64,000 nucleotides of DNA from Polyangiales bacterium (GCA_044229975.1 JBGARZ010000006.1:32001-96000); one strand, 5' to 3'. Positions 29,856 through 39,739 are shown, counted from the first letter of the stretch. Notes: generated by a model from the sequence alone, not told the origin. Made by a program: numbers and translations.

Positions 29856-31544
29856 ATGGACGAGTCCGCCGCGCGAGAGGACGACTTCGACCGGGTGATG
29901 GCGCCCGCCCAGCAGGCGCGCTGGCTGGTCGAACCGCACTGGCGCGACCGCGACGGGCAGCGCCCCGGCGACGCCGACTGGCGCGAGCGGGACGCACCGC
30001 GCTTCGAGCGGCTGCGCGCGATGAAGGTGTGGCCCGAGGTGGAGGACGTGCTGCGGTGGTACCTGCACGCGGGCGTTCCGGCGGCGCGGCGGAGCGAGTG
30101 GGCGTACTGGAGCTGCCTCTGCGTGCCCGACTCCGAGGAGGTGATGACCCTCGCGGAGATCTACGTGGGCGCCGAGCTCGTGTGCGCGGCCGTCATCGAG
30201 GACGACCTGGCCTTCACGTTTCATTTCGCGCTGAGCCTCGCGGACGTCGCGCGCTTCACCCAGCGCCCCAACGTGGACGTCACCGAGCTGCGCCCTCTGT
30301 CCGGCAAGGACGTCGAGGTGACCGTGCGCGCCGTCGGCCGCGACGCCGCGGTGTCGGTGCTCGACGACGAGGTGGTGATCCGCGCGCTGCGCCGCAACAA
30401 CCTGGAGCTGGTGCGCGCCGGGCGCTGCGTCGCCAGCGATCGGCACAACATCGTGCTCGCCGACGCGCTGCTGCTGGAGCCCGGACTGGTGCTGGTGCCT
30501 CCACCGGACAGCGACGCGTACAAGGACCTGGTGCCCCGCAAGGCACCGTATCGCGGGCCGACGAAGCTCGACCCGACGCTCTCCGTGGACGACGCGCTCG
30601 CGTTCGTCGACGGGCTCATCGTGGCGAGGCAGTACGACGCGGCCGTCGACGCGCTGCAAGATCTCGGGGACCGCCTCGACGCCGTGCACGACGGCGCGAT
30701 GGTGACGCGCCTCGAGAAGATCGCGCCGATGCTCATCGAGCCCGGGCGCTTGCGGGCGGCGCTGAGTTCGATCGTCACGTACCACTCCGACCGCGGCGAC
30801 GACGCGCGGGTGTTCGAGTGGCTGCCGCGGACGAAGGCTGCCTTCGAGGGCTCCGAAAGCTTCGACCAGATGGCGGTGATCACCGCCGTGACGGGGCGCT
30901 CGCACCGCCGCACGGGGCACCCGGCGCGAGGCATCGAGCTGCTGTCCCGCGGGCTCGCGAGCTTCACCGAGGTGGGGAGGACGCAGGTCGGGACCATGGC
31001 GGCCTTCACCATGGAACTGGCCCGCTGCTACACGGCGCTCGGGGACTTCGGGGCGGCGCGCGAGCACCTCACCACGGCCCTGCGCTCGCTCAAGGAAGGT
31101 CACCCGCTGCGGGCAGCGTTGTGGTGCGCCATCGCCGAGCGGCACCAGCGGGAGCGCGACCTGCCGCCCATGCGGTCGTCCCTGGAGGAGGCGCTGGCGG
31201 GGGGCGAGACGTTGCTCCCGCGCGCCGAGTTGGCGCCGCTGCTCGCCGCGGTAGGCTGGTGCGACGAGCGGCTCGACTTCCACCACGTCGCCGTCGAGCA
31301 CTACACCGAGGCGCTCGCGGGCCTCGCCGACGGCGCGAAGGTGGGGCTGCGGCGGGGCGTTCTCGCGGGGCTGGTGCGCTGCCTCGACAAGCAGGGGAAG
31401 CGCGCGGAGGCCGATGGCTACCTCGCGCGCGCCGAGGCGCTGGAGGGCCTCGCGTGGCCCGTCGAGGGCGAGTGGCCGCTCGACGACGTCATCGAGCTGT
31501 TGCTGCAAGCGGCCTGGCTCGACGACGACGAGCCCGCGGCGTGA
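29856..31544 (+). CDS. Hypothetical protein: unassigned N-terminal globular domain plus TPR region
   Basis: ATG 29856 and a helical TPR-like C-terminal half. The stop overlaps the sirtuin start. Confidence 0.7.
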   Translation: MDESAAREDDFDRVMAPAQQARWLVEPHWRDRDGQRPGDADWRERDAPRFERLRAMKVWPEVEDVLRWYLHAGVPAARRSEWAYWSCLCVPDSEEVMTLAEIYVGAELVCAAVIEDDLAFTFHFALSLADVARFTQRPNVDVTELRPLSGKDVEVTVRAVGRDAAVSVLDDEVVIRALRRNNLELVRAGRCVASDRHNIVLADALLLEPGLVLVPPPDSDAYKDLVPRKAPYRGPTKLDPTLSVDDALAFVDGLIVARQYDAAVDALQDLGDRLDAVHDGAMVTRLEKIAPMLIEPGRLRAALSSIVTYHSDRGDDARVFEWLPRTKAAFEGSESFDQMAVITAVTGRSHRRTGHPARGIELLSRGLASFTEVGRTQVGTMAAFTMELARCYTALGDFGAAREHLTTALRSLKEGHPLRAALWCAIAERHQRERDLPPMRSSLEEALAGGETLLPRAELAPLLAAVGWCDERLDFHHVAVEHYTEALAGLADGAKVGLRRGVLAGLVRCLDKQGKRAEADGYLARAEALEGLAWPVEGEWPLDDVIELLLQAAWLDDDEPAA

Positions 31545-32365
31545 GCCACTCCGTCGACGAGCTCGCGAGCCTCCTTCGTGGGCGACGCGTCTGCGTGCTC
31601 ACCGGCGCGGGCGTGTCCACCGACTCCGGCATCCCCGACTACCGCGGTCCGCTCACCCGCGCGAAGGCGCGCAACCCCATCCAGCATCGCGCGTTCATCA
31701 CCGACCCCGCCACGCGAGCCCGCTACTGGGCGCGCAGTGTCCTCGGGTGGCCGCGCTTCCGGGCCTTCGAGCCCAACGCCTCGCACCACGCGCTCGCCTC
31801 CCTCGAAGGCGCCGGGCTGCTCACCGGGCTCCTCACGCAAAACGTCGATCGCCTCCACCACAAGGCCCGCAGCCGCGACGTCATCGAGCTGCACGGCGCC
31901 CTCCACGAAGCCCGCTGCCTCGACTGCGGCGCGACCGAGACCCGCGACGCGCTCCAGCAACGATTGCTCGCGCTCAACCCCGGCGCCGACACGCGCACCC
32001 ACTCGCTCGCCCCCGACGGCGACGCCGACCTCGACCCGGCGGCCGTCGCAGGCTTCCGCGTGGCGGAGTGTCTCGCGTGCGGCGGGGTGCTCAAGCCCGA
32101 CGTGGTGTTCTTTGGGGACAATGTTCCGAAGCCGCGGGTGGAGGCGGCGTTTGCGAAGCTCGACGAGGCCGACGCGCTGCTCGTGGTCGGGTCATCGCTG
32201 GCGGTGTTTTCGGGCTACCGCTTCGTGCTGAGGGCCGTGGCCAAGGGCGCCCCGGTGGCCATCGTGAACCTGGGCGAGAGCCGCGGTGACGAGCATGCCG
32301 CGGTGCGCGTCGACGCCCCCGCGGCGGAGGTGCTGACCGCGCTGGCCACGAAGCTGGTCGATTGA
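31541..32365 (+). CDS. NAD-dependent protein deacylase, Sir2 family (class II/SIRT4-like)
   Basis: TGAGVSTDSGIPDYR, RYWARS..GW, TQNVDRLH, ELHG, CxxC..CxxC, APDGDA and KPDVVFFG motifs. Confidence 0.95.
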   Translation: MSHSVDELASLLRGRRVCVLTGAGVSTDSGIPDYRGPLTRAKARNPIQHRAFITDPATRARYWARSVLGWPRFRAFEPNASHHALASLEGAGLLTGLLTQNVDRLHHKARSRDVIELHGALHEARCLDCGATETRDALQQRLLALNPGADTRTHSLAPDGDADLDPAAVAGFRVAECLACGGVLKPDVVFFGDNVPKPRVEAAFAKLDEADALLVVGSSLAVFSGYRFVLRAVAKGAPVAIVNLGESRGDEHAAVRVDAPAAEVLTALATKLVD

Positions 32366-32395
32366 GATGGTCGCCGCTGCGGTAGCATCGCGGCG

Positions 32396-33514
32396 ATGAG
32401 GTCAAGCGCCGTTCTCGTGTCTTTGCTCTTCGTCGGCTGCAACGAAGCGACGCCCGCGCCACGCAGTGACGCCGCGGTGACGGACGCACCCGACGTCGCG
32501 GTCGAGGAAGACGTGGTGGTCGCCGAAGACGTGGTGATGGAAGTGAGGGACGCCGGGCCGCCGTGCCCTGGTCCGTTGGGCACGGCCGCGGCGCGCACCG
32601 GGCCGGCGCCCACGCCCGGCCCGATGGACAGCGTCCTGCGCATGAACCACCTCCAGGCGAAGGGGACGCACAACAGCTATCACCTCCGGCCGATGATCGT
32701 CGGGCCCGACTGGGACTACGACCAGGCGCCGCTCGACACGCAGCTCGAATCGCAAGGCGTGCGCGCGCTGGAGCTCGACCTCCGATGGGACGCGCGGTGC
32801 GGGCGGTTCAGGGTGTTTCATCTGCCCATCCTCGATCCGCGCTCGACGTGTGACCTGTTCACCGACTGCCTCTCGGTCGTGCGGCGCTGGTCCGACGCGC
32901 ACACGGCGCATCACCCGTTGTTGATCCAGATCGAGCCCAAGGACGCGTGGGACGCGGCCACCACCGAGCTGCGGATGACGGCGATGGAGGCGGAGATCCT
33001 GTCGGTGTTTCCGCGCCCGCTCGTGGTGACGCCCGACGAGGTGCGCGGTGATTCACCGACGCTGCCCACGGCCATCGAGACCCGCGGCTGGCCCACGCTC
33101 GCCGCGTCGCGGGGGCGGGTGCTGTTCTTCATCGACCGCACCGACGCGCTGCGCGACGTCTACACGCACGGAGGCCGAGACCTCAACGGGCGCCTCGCCT
33201 TCATCGACTCGGAGGTGGGCGACCCCTTCGCGGGCGTGATGGTGCTCAACAACCCGCGCGGCGCCGACGTCCCAGTGGCGGTGCGCGCGGGCTATCTCGT
33301 GCGGGTGTTCTCGTGGACGGCGGGCGACGAGATCCTCGACCCGGCCGTGACGGAGGCGGGCCTCGCGTCGGGCGCGCACATCATCAGCACGGACTTCCCG
33401 GTGACGGCGCGCGGCGGCATCGACGGCGTGCGCATCCCCGGTGGGACACCCTCGCGATGCAACCCGCTGGTCGCGCCGAGCGGGTGCACGTCGGCGGCGA
33501 TCGAGAGCCTCTGA
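32396..33514 (+). CDS. Ca2+-dependent phosphoinositide-specific phospholipase C-like lipoprotein
   Basis: Lipobox FVGC, GTHNSYH, GVRALELD, WS..H..H.P..I.IEPKD and GAHIISTDF motifs. Confidence 0.85.
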   Translation: MRSSAVLVSLLFVGCNEATPAPRSDAAVTDAPDVAVEEDVVVAEDVVMEVRDAGPPCPGPLGTAAARTGPAPTPGPMDSVLRMNHLQAKGTHNSYHLRPMIVGPDWDYDQAPLDTQLESQGVRALELDLRWDARCGRFRVFHLPILDPRSTCDLFTDCLSVVRRWSDAHTAHHPLLIQIEPKDAWDAATTELRMTAMEAEILSVFPRPLVVTPDEVRGDSPTLPTAIETRGWPTLAASRGRVLFFIDRTDALRDVYTHGGRDLNGRLAFIDSEVGDPFAGVMVLNNPRGADVPVAVRAGYLVRVFSWTAGDEILDPAVTEAGLASGAHIISTDFPVTARGGIDGVRIPGGTPSRCNPLVAPSGCTSAAIESL

Positions 33515-33681
33515 CTCAACGAGACGGGTGCCGCTCCGAGGCCGCACATGCGCAGACCGGAAAGCGCCCGTGCGTGGCCGTCGCAGGGCCTCCCACATGC
33601 CCGCCTAAATCATTGGTTTCGCCGTAGAATTGGCCCACCCGGAGGTTCGCGCGGCGGGGGTCGTGGTCCATAGTGGACGCC

Positions 33682-35346
33682 ATGAAGTCCCGACCTGTTC
33701 CGACCCTGTCGGGTGACCTCGGAACCACTTCAATCGCCTCCCTCCTCTGGTCCGCCCGACAGCGCGACCTCACCGGCACGCTGTCGATACAGGCCGAGTG
33801 CTACGCGGGAGTGTCTCCGGGCGAGACCCTCGTGACCTTCAAGGAAGGTGCGCTCACGCAGATCCGTCAGCCGCAAGCCCTCGACACGCTCGGCTGCGTG
33901 CTGCGCGAGCAGGGCGCCATCACGGCCGAGCAGTTCGACGAGTCGCTCGCGCGCATGGCGGCGCGCGAGGGGCTCCAGGGCAAGGTGCTCGTGGCGATGG
34001 GCGCGTGCAGCGACGAGGCGGTGTCGCGCGCGCTGCGGGCGCAGCTCCGGCGCAAGGCGCAGCGGCTCTTCGCGCTGGAGAAGGGAGCGATGGCGTTCTT
34101 CAGGGGCGTCGACCTGCTGGCGGACTTCGGCGCCGAGCGGCGGCCCGAGGACATCCTCCCGCTGCTCTGGCCGGGGCTCCGCGCGCACCCCGACCACGGG
34201 GCAGTGCACGCCGCGATGACCCGCCTCGGGATGCAGTCGCTCCGCCTGCTGCCCAACGTCGGGCTCGCGGGCTTCGGCTTCGACGCCGCCGAGACCAAGG
34301 CGCTCGAAGCGCTGCGCCCCGGTCCGGCGACCTTCGCCGCGCTCACCCACGCGGGCTGCTCCCCGGCGACCGCCCGCTCGCTCGTGGCGCTGCTGCTCAT
34401 CACCGGGCTCGCCGAGCTCACCGACGAGAAGCCGCGGCTCGCGTCGGGTGTTCAGCCGGTGCTGCAACAGCGGGCGCCCGACCCCGCGCGGCAGATCTCG
34501 TCGAGCAACCTCCCGGCGGTGCGCGACCTCGGCATCCAGCCCACCGTCATCCCGCAGTCGCCCCCGCGGGTCGCCGCGCCGAAGCCACCGCCGGTCGACG
34601 TTCGCGCGCGGCTCGCGGCGGCCGAGACGCGCTTCGCCGCGATGCAGGACGAGACGTACTTCCAGATGCTGGGCGTCGCTCCGACCGCGGCGGCGCCGGA
34701 GGTGCGGGCGGCGTACGCCGAGCGCAGCACGCAGTGGAGACCCGAGGCGGTTCCGGAGAGCGCCATCGCGCTGCGCGAGGTGCACCAGCGGGTGCAGGCG
34801 CTGCTCGACGAGGCGCACGCGGCGCTCACCGACGAGGAGTCACGGCGGCGTCACTTCTCCGAGATCGTCGCCGGGAGCGGAACGCCCAACGCGCGACAGG
34901 GCCTCGCCGCGCAGGCCGACGCGCAGACGAAGCTGCACACCGCCGAGGTGTGCCTGCGCTGCGGCGCCTACGACGAGGCGTCGAAGCTCGCGCGCGAGGC
35001 GCTGGCGGCGCAGCCCGAGCTCGCGGGCGCCATCGTGGTGCTGGTGGCCGCGCTGCTCGCGAAGACGCCGCAAGGTCCATGCATCGAGGCGCTGGGCTGG
35101 GTGACGCGCGGGCTGAAGCTGAGCCCCGACGACGACCAGATGCAGGTGCTCGCGGGGCGGGCGTACGCGCGTCGGGGCGATGAAGCGCGCTCGCTGGAGC
35201 ACTTCATCCGCGCGTACAAACTCAACAGCACCAACATGGACGCGGTGCGCGAGCTGCGCGCCATCGCGGCCCGTCGACGCACTGGCCGAAGCCAGGAGGT
35301 CGCCGCGGGGGGCGGGGGGCTGCTCTCGCGCATCTTCGGGCGCTGA
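33682..35346 (+). CDS. DUF4388 - DnaJ-like - TPR protein
   Basis: GDL..TSIASLL....TGTL N-domain, YFQMLGV...A...EVRAAY J-like domain, and C-terminal TPR. Confidence 0.8.
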   Translation: MKSRPVPTLSGDLGTTSIASLLWSARQRDLTGTLSIQAECYAGVSPGETLVTFKEGALTQIRQPQALDTLGCVLREQGAITAEQFDESLARMAAREGLQGKVLVAMGACSDEAVSRALRAQLRRKAQRLFALEKGAMAFFRGVDLLADFGAERRPEDILPLLWPGLRAHPDHGAVHAAMTRLGMQSLRLLPNVGLAGFGFDAAETKALEALRPGPATFAALTHAGCSPATARSLVALLLITGLAELTDEKPRLASGVQPVLQQRAPDPARQISSSNLPAVRDLGIQPTVIPQSPPRVAAPKPPPVDVRARLAAAETRFAAMQDETYFQMLGVAPTAAAPEVRAAYAERSTQWRPEAVPESAIALREVHQRVQALLDEAHAALTDEESRRRHFSEIVAGSGTPNARQGLAAQADAQTKLHTAEVCLRCGAYDEASKLAREALAAQPELAGAIVVLVAALLAKTPQGPCIEALGWVTRGLKLSPDDDQMQVLAGRAYARRGDEARSLEHFIRAYKLNSTNMDAVRELRAIAARRRTGRSQEVAAGGGGLLSRIFGR

Positions 35347-35401
35347 GGGGGTCGAGCTCATCGCAGGCGGGTGGTGATGTTGTCCGGCGGCGCTCGCTTC
35401 G

Positions 35402-35536
35402 GAGCGCCCACTACGCGGTTGCGGACGGCCCGCGAGCGGGCCTGCAACCGCTGAAGTGGGAGCCTGGAGCTGGGCGTCCCGCCTGCGCGGGACTTCCTGG
35501 CGGCGCGTCGAGCGCTGGAGCGCTCGACGAGAAGGT
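35402..35536. repeat. Family-C REP-like arm (left), 135 bp, inverted to 35994-36128
   Basis: 131/135 identical to the reverse complement of the right arm, with three internal hairpins. Confidence 0.95.
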
Positions 35537-35543
35537 CATGGGG

Positions 35544-35954
35544 TCACGCCGGTAGTTCTCGTCGAGGGTCGTGAGTGTTGTTCGCGTGGTGCCGCGGCTG
35601 ATCGCGGATGTACGCGGCGAGCGAGTCGACGTCCGAGTGGTCGACGCTGAAGAGCGCGTACCCCTCGCTCCAGGCGTAGGACGAGTCGACGCCCAGCTCG
35701 GCGTGGGCGACGTGCGATGAGACGCCCTTGAGGTGACGGACGAGATCGGAAGGAGCCAGCGTGGGCGGAGCTCGGACGAGCACGTGGACGTGTTCGCTGA
35801 CGCCACCCACCTCGACGAACGAGCAGCCCTGCTTTCGCGCGACCGATGCCACCACCGCGTGCAGGTGGGGTTGGATGGCGGCGTCGATCCACGGGTGCCG
35901 GTCCCAGGTGCTCCAGATGAAGTGCAGGTACAGCTCGATGTGGCGATGAAACAT
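35544..35954 (-). CDS. tnpA: IS200/IS605-family HUH-Y1 transposase
   Basis: LYLHFIWSTWDR, EHVHVL, LKGVSS, WSEGYALFSV and YIRDQPRHH motifs. Confidence 0.95.
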   Translation of the reverse strand: MFHRHIELYLHFIWSTWDRHPWIDAAIQPHLHAVVASVARKQGCSFVEVGGVSEHVHVLVRAPPTLAPSDLVRHLKGVSSHVAHAELGVDSSYAWSEGYALFSVDHSDVDSLAAYIRDQPRHHANNTHDPRRELPA

Positions 35955-35993
35955 GTCGGGTGTCGTGCCGAGTTCCAATAGGGTTGCGCCTGC

Positions 35994-36128
35994 ACCCTCC
36001 CGTCGAGCGCTCCAGCGCTCGACGCGCCGCCAGGAAGTCCCGCGCAGGCGGGACGTCCAGCTCCAGGCTCCCACTTCAGCGGTTGCAGGCCCGCTCGCGG
36101 GCCGTCCGCAACCGCGCAGTGGGCGCTC
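35994..36128. repeat. Family-C REP-like arm (right)
   Basis: Reverse complement of 35402-35536 with 4 mismatches. Confidence 0.95.
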
Positions 36129-36160
36129 TCTCCAGCCGCTCTCTCGCTCGCTGAGGCACT

Positions 36161-37117
36161 TTACGTGGCGGCGATCTCCCCCGACAGCGCCGACAGCGCC
36201 GCACAGAGCGCGCGACGATCGGGCCAGAGACCGGCCTCCCGCAGACCCGCGACCGGCTCCGCTTCGATCTCGGCCGCGAGCGTCGCGAGGGCCGCGCGCA
36301 TCGACGCAGCGATCTTCGCGCGCTCACCCTTCGACAGCCTCGGAGAGCCCCAGCCGTGAACCTGCCATGCGAGCGCCGCGTGCCGCGCCTCGTCCCGCGC
36401 GATGCCCGCAAACGCCGACCGCGCCAACGGGTCTCGCGCGTGCTTCGCCTGCCACGTCGCCAGCAGCGCGCCGAAGGTCTCGCGCACGCAGCCCTCGACG
36501 GCGTTTTCTTCGAGCATCGCGAGGAGGGAGCGCTTCGTGGGTGACGGCGGGTCGATGGTCTTCGCCACGGGTGCACCCGCTCGACGGACGAAGGCCGCCA
36601 TCGCCCGCGTGTGGCGCACCTCGTCGCGGCGCGATCGGTGCGCGAGCGCGATGAGGGGCGCCGGTGCGCGGTGGGCGGTGAGCTCGTCGGCGAGGCGCGC
36701 GAAGGCGACGATGGAGGCGTGTTCGAGGCGCATCTGGTGGGCCCACCACGCGGTCATCGGGTTGGCGACGTCGGCGCCCGGGTCGCGCCATCCTTCGGGG
36801 CGGCGACCGCAGGCGGGCTCGCCCGGGGTGTAACAGTCGGTGATGCGCACCTGGCAGTTGAACGGCGCGACGGCCCCGGAGCACGAGAGCAGCTCCTCCT
36901 CGGCGCACGACACGGTGTAGTCGAGCATCCGGGCGCACGCGGCCTGGCAGGCGGAGCCGTCGGCGAAGGTTCCGGCGTCGCGGGTGGCCTGTTGGCGGGC
37001 TTCCTCGGCGGTGACGACGATGGTCGGCTGGGTGACGGTGCACTCGCGTTGCGAGCACGAGGCGAGGGCCATCGCCGCGAGGCCGTGGACCAGAACGTGT
37101 TGGAGTCGAAGGGCCAT
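36161..37117 (-). CDS. Ferritin-like domain lipoprotein (myxobacterial type)
   Basis: Lipobox LASC, CGRRPEG, EHAS..AF, DEVRH, ENAVEGCVRET and DEARH diiron-type motifs. Confidence 0.85.
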   Translation of the reverse strand: MALRLQHVLVHGLAAMALASCSQRECTVTQPTIVVTAEEARQQATRDAGTFADGSACQAACARMLDYTVSCAEEELLSCSGAVAPFNCQVRITDCYTPGEPACGRRPEGWRDPGADVANPMTAWWAHQMRLEHASIVAFARLADELTAHRAPAPLIALAHRSRRDEVRHTRAMAAFVRRAGAPVAKTIDPPSPTKRSLLAMLEENAVEGCVRETFGALLATWQAKHARDPLARSAFAGIARDEARHAALAWQVHGWGSPRLSKGERAKIAASMRAALATLAAEIEAEPVAGLREAGLWPDRRALCAALSALSGEIAAT

Positions 37118-37238
37118 CGGGCGATCATCGTCGGCTCAAGAATCGGGCGCAACGCGATGGGCGTCGGTGGTCACCGAGCGGGGACGGCGACGCAGTCTTT
37201 GACCGTGCGGGGCGATCCGCGATACCCCGTCGGCAGCG

Positions 37239-37640
37239 ATGAAGGTCCGCGGAGCAAGGCAGTTGGCGACGGTGGTGATGGCGGCGGCGCTCGGAGCGGC
37301 GTGCGATCCGACGCCCGTGCAGACGGCGTCCGGGGCGTCGCAGTCGTCGGGTGGCAGCAACGCCAACCGCCCGCGGCGCGCGGCCAACGACCCGCCCGAG
37401 ATGGTCGAGGCCGGGCACCAGCGCTTCAACACGGCGTGCCTGCGGTGCCATGGTCCGGAGTCGCCGGGCGGCATGGTCAACAACCTCGACGTGACCAACG
37501 AGCGCCTCGAAGCGGTGCTGCACGCGGGCTCCGACAACGGGGGGCTGCTGCCGTCGGTGGCGCCGGAAGACCTGCGGGTCGAGCACCTGCCGGCGCTGCG
37601 GGCGTACCTGCGCTCCATCGGCGCGCTGCGGGTGGAGTGA
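37239..37640 (+). CDS. Monoheme cytochrome c lipoprotein
   Basis: Lipobox GAAC and a CLRCH heme motif. Confidence 0.8.
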   Translation: MKVRGARQLATVVMAAALGAACDPTPVQTASGASQSSGGSNANRPRRAANDPPEMVEAGHQRFNTACLRCHGPESPGGMVNNLDVTNERLEAVLHAGSDNGGLLPSVAPEDLRVEHLPALRAYLRSIGALRVE

Positions 37641-37654
37641 AGTTTCCGCGGGTC

Positions 37655-37684
37655 TTGACGCGCCGACGTCGCGTCGCGTAGAAC
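37655..37684 (+). promoter_or_regulatory. Putative sigma70 promoter of rplU-rpmA
   Basis: TTGACG (37655-60), an 18-nt spacer and TAGAAC (37679-84). GGAGG SD before rplU. Confidence 0.45.
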
Positions 37685-37760
37685 CCGCCCCCTTCCGTCG
37701 AGGACGGTCGAGGGCAAGTACGCCCACGACGCCTCGGGACAACTTGGAGGATTCATCGAC

Positions 37761-38072
37761 ATGTACGCCGTCATCAAGACCGGTGGAAAGCAGTACCGGG
37801 TCTCCCCGGGCGACCGGCTCCGCGTGGAGAAGCTCCCGGGCGAGCCCAAGGGAACCATCACCTTCGATCAGGTGCTCATGGTCGGCGGCGACGCCACCGT
37901 CCGCGTGGGCAAGCCGTCGGTCGAGGGCGTGAAGGTCAACGCCGAGATCGTCTCGCAGGGCCGCGCCAAGAAGATCATCGTCTTCAAGATGAAGCGCCGG
38001 AAGAACTACCGTCGCAAGAACGGCCACCGTCAGCCGTTCACCGAGCTCCACATCACCGGCATCGAGGGCTGA
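37761..38072 (+). CDS. rplU: 50S ribosomal protein L21
   Basis: MYAVIKTGGKQYRV...GHRQPFT. Confidence 0.99.
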   Translation: MYAVIKTGGKQYRVSPGDRLRVEKLPGEPKGTITFDQVLMVGGDATVRVGKPSVEGVKVNAEIVSQGRAKKIIVFKMKRRKNYRRKNGHRQPFTELHITGIEG

Positions 38073-38078
38073 AGCGCC

Positions 38079-38363
38079 ATGGCACACAAAAAGGGTCAGG
38101 GATCGTCCCGTAACGGCCGCACGAGCAACGCGCAGTACCGCGGCATCAAGGTGTACGCGGGCCAGGACATCCGCGCGGGCGGCATCATCGTCCGCCAGGT
38201 GGGCAGCAGCGTCCACGCGGGCAACAACGTCGGCACCGGCAAGGACTACACGCTCTATGCCCTCATCGACGGCATCGTGAAGTACGAGCGCACCAAGAAC
38301 GACCGCAAGAAGGTCTCCGTCTATCCCCTCGGCGCGGCTGCGCTCGCCCCCGCCTCCGCCTGA
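38079..38363 (+). CDS. rpmA: 50S ribosomal protein L27
   Basis: [14 protein letters not shown]...GIIVRQ. Confidence 0.99.
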   Translation: MAHKKGQGSSRNGRTSNAQYRGIKVYAGQDIRAGGIIVRQVGSSVHAGNNVGTGKDYTLYALIDGIVKYERTKNDRKKVSVYPLGAAALAPASA

Positions 38364-38440
38364 GCCACCAAGGCTCTCCCCTCCAGATTCCCCCAGTGAC
38401 CGACCACGTGGACTTCGCGTCCGCGAGGTAGCGTTACGCC

Positions 38441-39739
38441 ATGACGTCCGCGCTGCCTTCATCGTGGAAGGCGCTGACCATCACGGTCGGCCTGAGCACC
38501 TTTCTCGGCAGCTTCGTCGCGGCCTTCTCCTACGAGAACCACAACGTGGCGTTTCCCGTCTCCGCGCTCTGCTCGATCGCGGTGCTGTGGATCACCGCGC
38601 GGCGGGCGAGGGAGACGTTCGCGGTCGATGCGCGGGGTGCGTTCACGCTGGCGGTCGGCGCGTCGGCGGTGACGGTCTTCCTCGTCATGGGGGTTCACGT
38701 CTTCCACGTGCGACCCGCCTGGGTGGAGTCGACCTTCAACTGGCGTGACCACAATGAGCCGCCCGCGTGGCTCGTCCTGCCCTCCCTGGTGTCGATGGTC
38801 GGTCTGCCGCTCGCCATCGCATTCACGGAGAGCCTCGTCTTCGAGCTGCATCGCCCGCTTCGCCGCGTCATTGGTGTGCTGCTGCCGTGGCTCGCCGTCG
38901 CCGTTGGTGTGCTCTCTGTCATGGGTGTCGCCCGCGCGAAGTCCCATGCCGCGCCACGGTCGCCGATCGATGGGCTGCCGGTGGTCGCCTCGTTCCAGGC
39001 GCCTTCCGCCGCGGGCGCCATCGAGCGCCACCCGCTCGGCGCGCTCACGCTGACCGTCGCGTGCGTGCAGGGCTACGACGTCGACTGCCATGTTCTTCTC
39101 CAGAGCGACCCGACGTTGCCGCTCCCCGCCGACTGGCCGCTCAACGTCAGCCGTCTGCGCTACCCCAGGCGCCAGGAGTCATCCGTCCGTAGCGATGCGA
39201 CGCTCCAGGTGCTCCGCGACCAGCGCCACGACCTCTGGATCATCCAGACCCCGATGCTCCACGGCCGCCCGCATCCCATCGCGGCGTTTCGCGGGCCGTC
39301 GCTCCAGCGGGTCAACGTCGGCCTCCGCGACTTCCCCGGTGAGTTCGCGCCGCCGCTCGGGTGGCCCATCGCCGCGCTGCTGGGTGTCGTGCTGGCAGCG
39401 TGGTTCGTGCGACGTGCGCGCTACGTGGACGCGATGCCGAAGAGGCCGCTCGCGGATGCGACGATGGGCGCCGACGGGACGCTGCTGCTCGCTGATGGGA
39501 GCACGCACGCGGCGGTGGGCAACGCGCCCGCTGGGCCGGTGGTGGTCGCTGCGGTAGCGACCGCGACGGCGCCGTATCGCGATGGTGCGCCGGTGGATGT
39601 GGTGCGTGTCGGGACGCTGGCTCAGTGGAAGGACGCGCTCCGTGATGAGCGCGATGTCCGGTATGGGCTCGCGTTCTCGACGCTGGTTTTGTTGGGGACG
39701 CCGATGGCGATCGCCGCGGGGCTGCGACTGCTCTGGTAG
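38441..39739 (+). CDS. Hypothetical multi-pass membrane protein
   Basis: Several TM helices flanking a soluble domain. Confidence 0.65.
   Translation: MTSALPSSWKALTITVGLSTFLGSFVAAFSYENHNVAFPVSALCSIAVLWITARRARETFAVDARGAFTLAVGASAVTVFLVMGVHVFHVRPAWVESTFNWRDHNEPPAWLVLPSLVSMVGLPLAIAFTESLVFELHRPLRRVIGVLLPWLAVAVGVLSVMGVARAKSHAAPRSPIDGLPVVASFQAPSAAGAIERHPLGALTLTVACVQGYDVDCHVLLQSDPTLPLPADWPLNVSRLRYPRRQESSVRSDATLQVLRDQRHDLWIIQTPMLHGRPHPIAAFRGPSLQRVNVGLRDFPGEFAPPLGWPIAALLGVVLAAWFVRRARYVDAMPKRPLADATMGADGTLLLADGSTHAAVGNAPAGPVVVAAVATATAPYRDGAPVDVVRVGTLAQWKDALRDERDVRYGLAFSTLVLLGTPMAIAAGLRLLW

Larger units (their letters stand above)
35402..36128 (-). mobile_element. tnpA flanked by long inverted repeats (REPtron/RAYT-like locus C)
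   Basis: A solo Y1 transposase between 135-bp inverted arms, with no tnpB, lying between convergent genes. Confidence 0.8.

Noticed and set aside
31541..32365. Sir2 gene as an anti-phage NADase (Thoeris/DSR type)
   Set aside because: It has the Zn-binding CxxC pairs and class II deacylase motifs of housekeeping sirtuins, and no defence partners.
22495..35954. Complete IS605 elements with tnpB and omega-RNA
   Set aside because: No TnpB/IscB ORF lies next to either tnpA.
38079..38441. Absence of obgE after rplU-rpmA
   Set aside because: This linkage is common but not universal, so it is uninformative alone.
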